Source: Bacteroidales bacterium
Lineage (GTDB): Bacteria > Bacteroidota > Bacteroidia > Bacteroidales > Bacteroidaceae
NCBI GenBank assembly: GCA_004557185.1
Contig: SFEP01000002.1
Coordinates: 8,672-72,671, forward strand
Direction of reading: 5' to 3'
DNA length: 64,000 nucleotides
The translations under genes and the position numbers were made by a program. Below, piece by piece: positions 61,354 to 64,000 of the stretch. The first letter of the stretch is position 1. The number at the start of each line of letters is the position of its first letter. The notes beneath the pieces were generated by a model. The model saw only the letters and a list, made by a program, of their open reading frames with translations. It had not been told where the DNA came from and ran no database searches.

Positions 61354-64000
61354 TTACGGTTCTATAAACACTGGTGTACCTTTTTCATTTCCAGGATTTA
61401 ATTCTAGCAGCTTCTCTATTAGACGATGGTTAGCCAAAAGACTTAAATCGATATCAAGTTGTTTTATCGAGAAAGTCATATAGCTCTTACGTGGATTCTT
61501 GTTAGGATAGTCCATCGCCTTCAGTTCATCCCTACCCATCTCCTTATGCCCTGTAATCGTATAGGCTGAGAGCTTATCTGGTTTACCAAAATCATATAGG
61601 ACTAACAAAGACGTTCTTCCGAACATCTCTCTATGCTCTTCCATAGAACCCTTGGTCTTGCCTAACCTTACATTATATATTCTATGCACCAGAATCCATT
61701 CTTTCTGTTTTTTGTCCTTGGCACACCCAACAAGGATAGTTTTATCACCCCCAAAGAAATCAATAATGTTTTGGTCAAAGCGATTCCATTTATAGCACTC
61801 AAATGGCTCAGCGGCCATCATCATCTCACCTTCCTCCTCAATCAGAGGATACATGGAAACCACAGAAGTAGTCTTCACATCATTATCTTCCACATCCTCG
61901 TTCTCCTTGAAATTCTCCACTTGCTCCATTACTTCGCGGAACACTTCTGGAGTGTACTGAGGCGGATAGCCATTCTTGACAAGGCAAATCTTGATGTCTT
62001 GTTTCAACTGGTCACGAACTCGCTGGTTGTTGAGCCAATCGGCAAATGATGATTTTGCATCAATGATATCTCGAATCTTGCATGCAAGACTCTTACACTT
62101 ATCGTTGACAACAATACCATCCACCTCTTTGTCTTCTCCATATTCGAAGTTGTTCTTGTCTCTTAGATGAATTAAGATGTCATAAAATGCCTTCTCTTCA
62201 AAAGTAAGCCCCAACTTGCGAAAACTCTCTCGGTCAGCCTGCATACCTTTGAGAATGTTTAGAGCCTGCTCAGTGGCATTCTTGATGATACTTTCCGCAG
62301 TGGCTTCCTGTGTTGCACCAGCCTCTTGTTCTGACAGGAATTTACGTCTGTCGTGGTACTCATGAATGGTAGCCTCCAGCATTTCTTGATACCTCTTCGA
62401 TGCAATCTGATTTGTCTTCCCGTACTCTATGATTTGTTTGCGAAGAAGTTTTATCAGCGTTTCCAATTTAGAAGCAGGCATCTTGATATCTTCAAGCCTT
62501 TCTGTGAATTCAGGTCCGAAGATATCCATTTCCTCACCCTCTTCAAGAATGCTCTCCACATTGTTATACTTCAAGGCCTCCTCCACCATCTTTGCCACCC
62601 GGCGATTCATGGTGTCAGTGTCTGGAGCATCGGTTCCATTCATTTTATAGACCATACCGGCAATAGCCATAAAGCATTGTGCCAATGCCGACTCTTCCTC
62701 ACAGAGTTCTCCCGAAGGTTGACAAAGGTCGTAAGCCTTTCGCATCCTCTTCACATTTTGCAGGAAATAGGTCTTGAAAGTAACTTTCTTTGTTTTCTTT
62801 CCTTCCTTGCTGACAGAGTTGAAGTTCTCGTTTGACGAGAATACAAACTCCGCAGCCTTTGCCAATAGTGTGTATCTTGTTGCAGGATCGGTTTCTGGAT
62901 TCAGGAATGGTGTCAGATCATAATTTCTGAACAATGCCTTCAAAATCTCCATGTACTCACGGAAGATGAGAGTAGCCTGTTCTATATCATCTTCGGTTAA
63001 TGCAACGGAATTGTCTCCACCATACATCTTTCTGGCTTCCATCATCTGGTCGCGAATACCGATATAGTCAACAATCAGACCATACTCCTTGCCGGGGAAT
63101 TTTCGGTTGGCACGGCTGATGGTTTGTATCAACGAATGTTTCTGCAACGGCTTATCGTTATACATGTAGGTAAGACATTCCACATCGAATCCCGTTATCC
63201 ACATATCTACAACAATGACAATGCGGAAATTAGAATGCTCTTGTTTGAAGGTGGCATCCAACTCTTCCGAACGCTGGTCATTCTTAACGCCTCCCAGATA
63301 GTTGTACATATCGGCCGCGTCATTACTTCCAACGCTGGCTACCATGGCGATAGTCGGCATTTCCTTCAATTCTTTCAGCTCTTCTGGCGAAACTTTGACA
63401 CCTTCTGGAGTCTTCCTCTCATCAAACCACTCTGGATAATGAGCCTTGAACTTCAGCAACAAGTCGTAAGCAATCTTTCTGTTGGAGCAGACAACCATGG
63501 CTTTCTGTACTCTGTCTGGGTCGTTGGCTACGGAAGATACGTAATGGTCATGTATATCAACGGCAAGTTTCTCCAGACGGTCAGGCTCGCCAAGAATCAT
63601 CTCTAACGAACTCATGGCCTTTTTGCTCTTTGCAATGTCTTCTTTGGTTGAGCCTTCATCAGCGCATTTAGCATAATATGCCTCAATCTCTTTGGCCTTC
63701 TCCTGATTGAGCAACACTTTGGCTATACGTGGATGATACTTGATAGGCACAGTAATCTTGTCCGCCACAGCCTGATCCATCGTGTAGCGGTCTATCTCGT
63801 CGCCGAAAGTCTGATAGGTTGTAAAGCCTACGAATGTGGCATTGGGCAATGCTTCACGTAGCACTTTAGCGTATGGCTTTGACAGCATGGCACGCATATT
63901 TTCGTCAGCATCCTCGCTGAACTGAATACGCTTCGACCCTTCTATCTGTGTGCGATGTGCTTCATCGCTGAAGCAGATGATGTTGCTGCGTTCATTGACA
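61354..64000 (-). CDS. hsdR: Type I restriction endonuclease subunit R (5' end beyond the window); motif III appears deleted, so possibly inactive
   Basis: Frame open to the window end: ...NIICFSDEAHRTQ (DEAH), KAMVVC, VVDMWITGFD, QTISRANR, DUF3387-like LGLTFEEKAFYDIL...GYPP; visibly AT-richer than the flanking DNA. Confidence 0.92.
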   Translation of the reverse strand, partial: VNERSNIICFSDEAHRTQIEGSKRIQFSEDADENMRAMLSKPYAKVLREALPNATFVGFTTYQTFGDEIDRYTMDQAVADKITVPIKYHPRIAKVLLNQEKAKEIEAYYAKCADEGSTKEDIAKSKKAMSSLEMILGEPDRLEKLAVDIHDHYVSSVANDPDRVQKAMVVCSNRKIAYDLLLKFKAHYPEWFDERKTPEGVKVSPEELKELKEMPTIAMVASVGSNDAADMYNYLGGVKNDQRSEELDATFKQEHSNFRIVIVVDMWITGFDVECLTYMYNDKPLQKHSLIQTISRANRKFPGKEYGLIVDYIGIRDQMMEARKMYGGDNSVALTEDDIEQATLIFREYMEILKALFRNYDLTPFLNPETDPATRYTLLAKAAEFVFSSNENFNSVSKEGKKTKKVTFKTYFLQNVKRMRKAYDLCQPSGELCEEESALAQCFMAIAGMVYKMNGTDAPDTDTMNRRVAKMVEEALKYNNVESILEEGEEMDIFGPEFTERLEDIKMPASKLETLIKLLRKQIIEYGKTNQIASKRYQEMLEATIHEYHDRRKFLSEQEAGATQEATAESIIKNATEQALNILKGMQADRESFRKLGLTFEEKAFYDILIHLRDKNNFEYGEDKEVDGIVVNDKCKSLACKIRDIIDAKSSFADWLNNQRVRDQLKQDIKICLVKNGYPPQYTPEVFREVMEQVENFKENEDVEDNDVKTTSVVSMYPLIEEEGEMMMAAEPFECYKWNRFDQNIIDFFGGDKTILVGCAKDKKQKEWILVHRIYNVRLGKTKGSMEEHREMFGRTSLLVLYDFGKPDKLSAYTITGHKEMGRDELKAMDYPNKNPRKSYMTFSIKQLDIDLSLLANHRLIEKLLELNPGNEKGTPVFIEP

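Overview
GC-rich chromosomal window from a Bacteroidota organism, most likely Prevotellaceae. The assignment rests on TAnnTTTG -7 promoter boxes, Bacteroidales-type gene orders (coaX-OMP-lptC-ppiD; nusB-yajC-YbbR-coaE) and T9SS-style C-termini. It holds about 37 CDS and one tRNA-Arg(CCG). Most are housekeeping or envelope genes (mfd, nusB, yajC, coaE, coaX, glmM, udk, lptC/lptD, ppiD, ferritin, cstA, a P-type ATPase, a Na+/alanine symporter). Host-glycan foraging enzymes are scattered through it (GH84, GH2, an MdsA-like sulfatase, an MdsC/NahK-like kinase). Highlights: (1) a family of intergenic elements with a fixed 72-bp GATGC-N62-GCATC geometry and 21-bp internal period but different core sequences, alongside 22-bp palindromic four-unit arrays and an 84-bp repeat; (2) a three-gene outer-membrane operon encoding DUF3575, an OmpA-C/TPR protein and a protein with five tandem beta-barrels; (3) a ferritin / hemerythrin-LuxR / OprB-porin module with a shared candidate operator; (4) an AT-rich type I restriction HsdR at the right edge that appears to lack helicase motif III and carries an extra C-terminal domain. 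All product calls come from motif recognition by eye; no searches were run.
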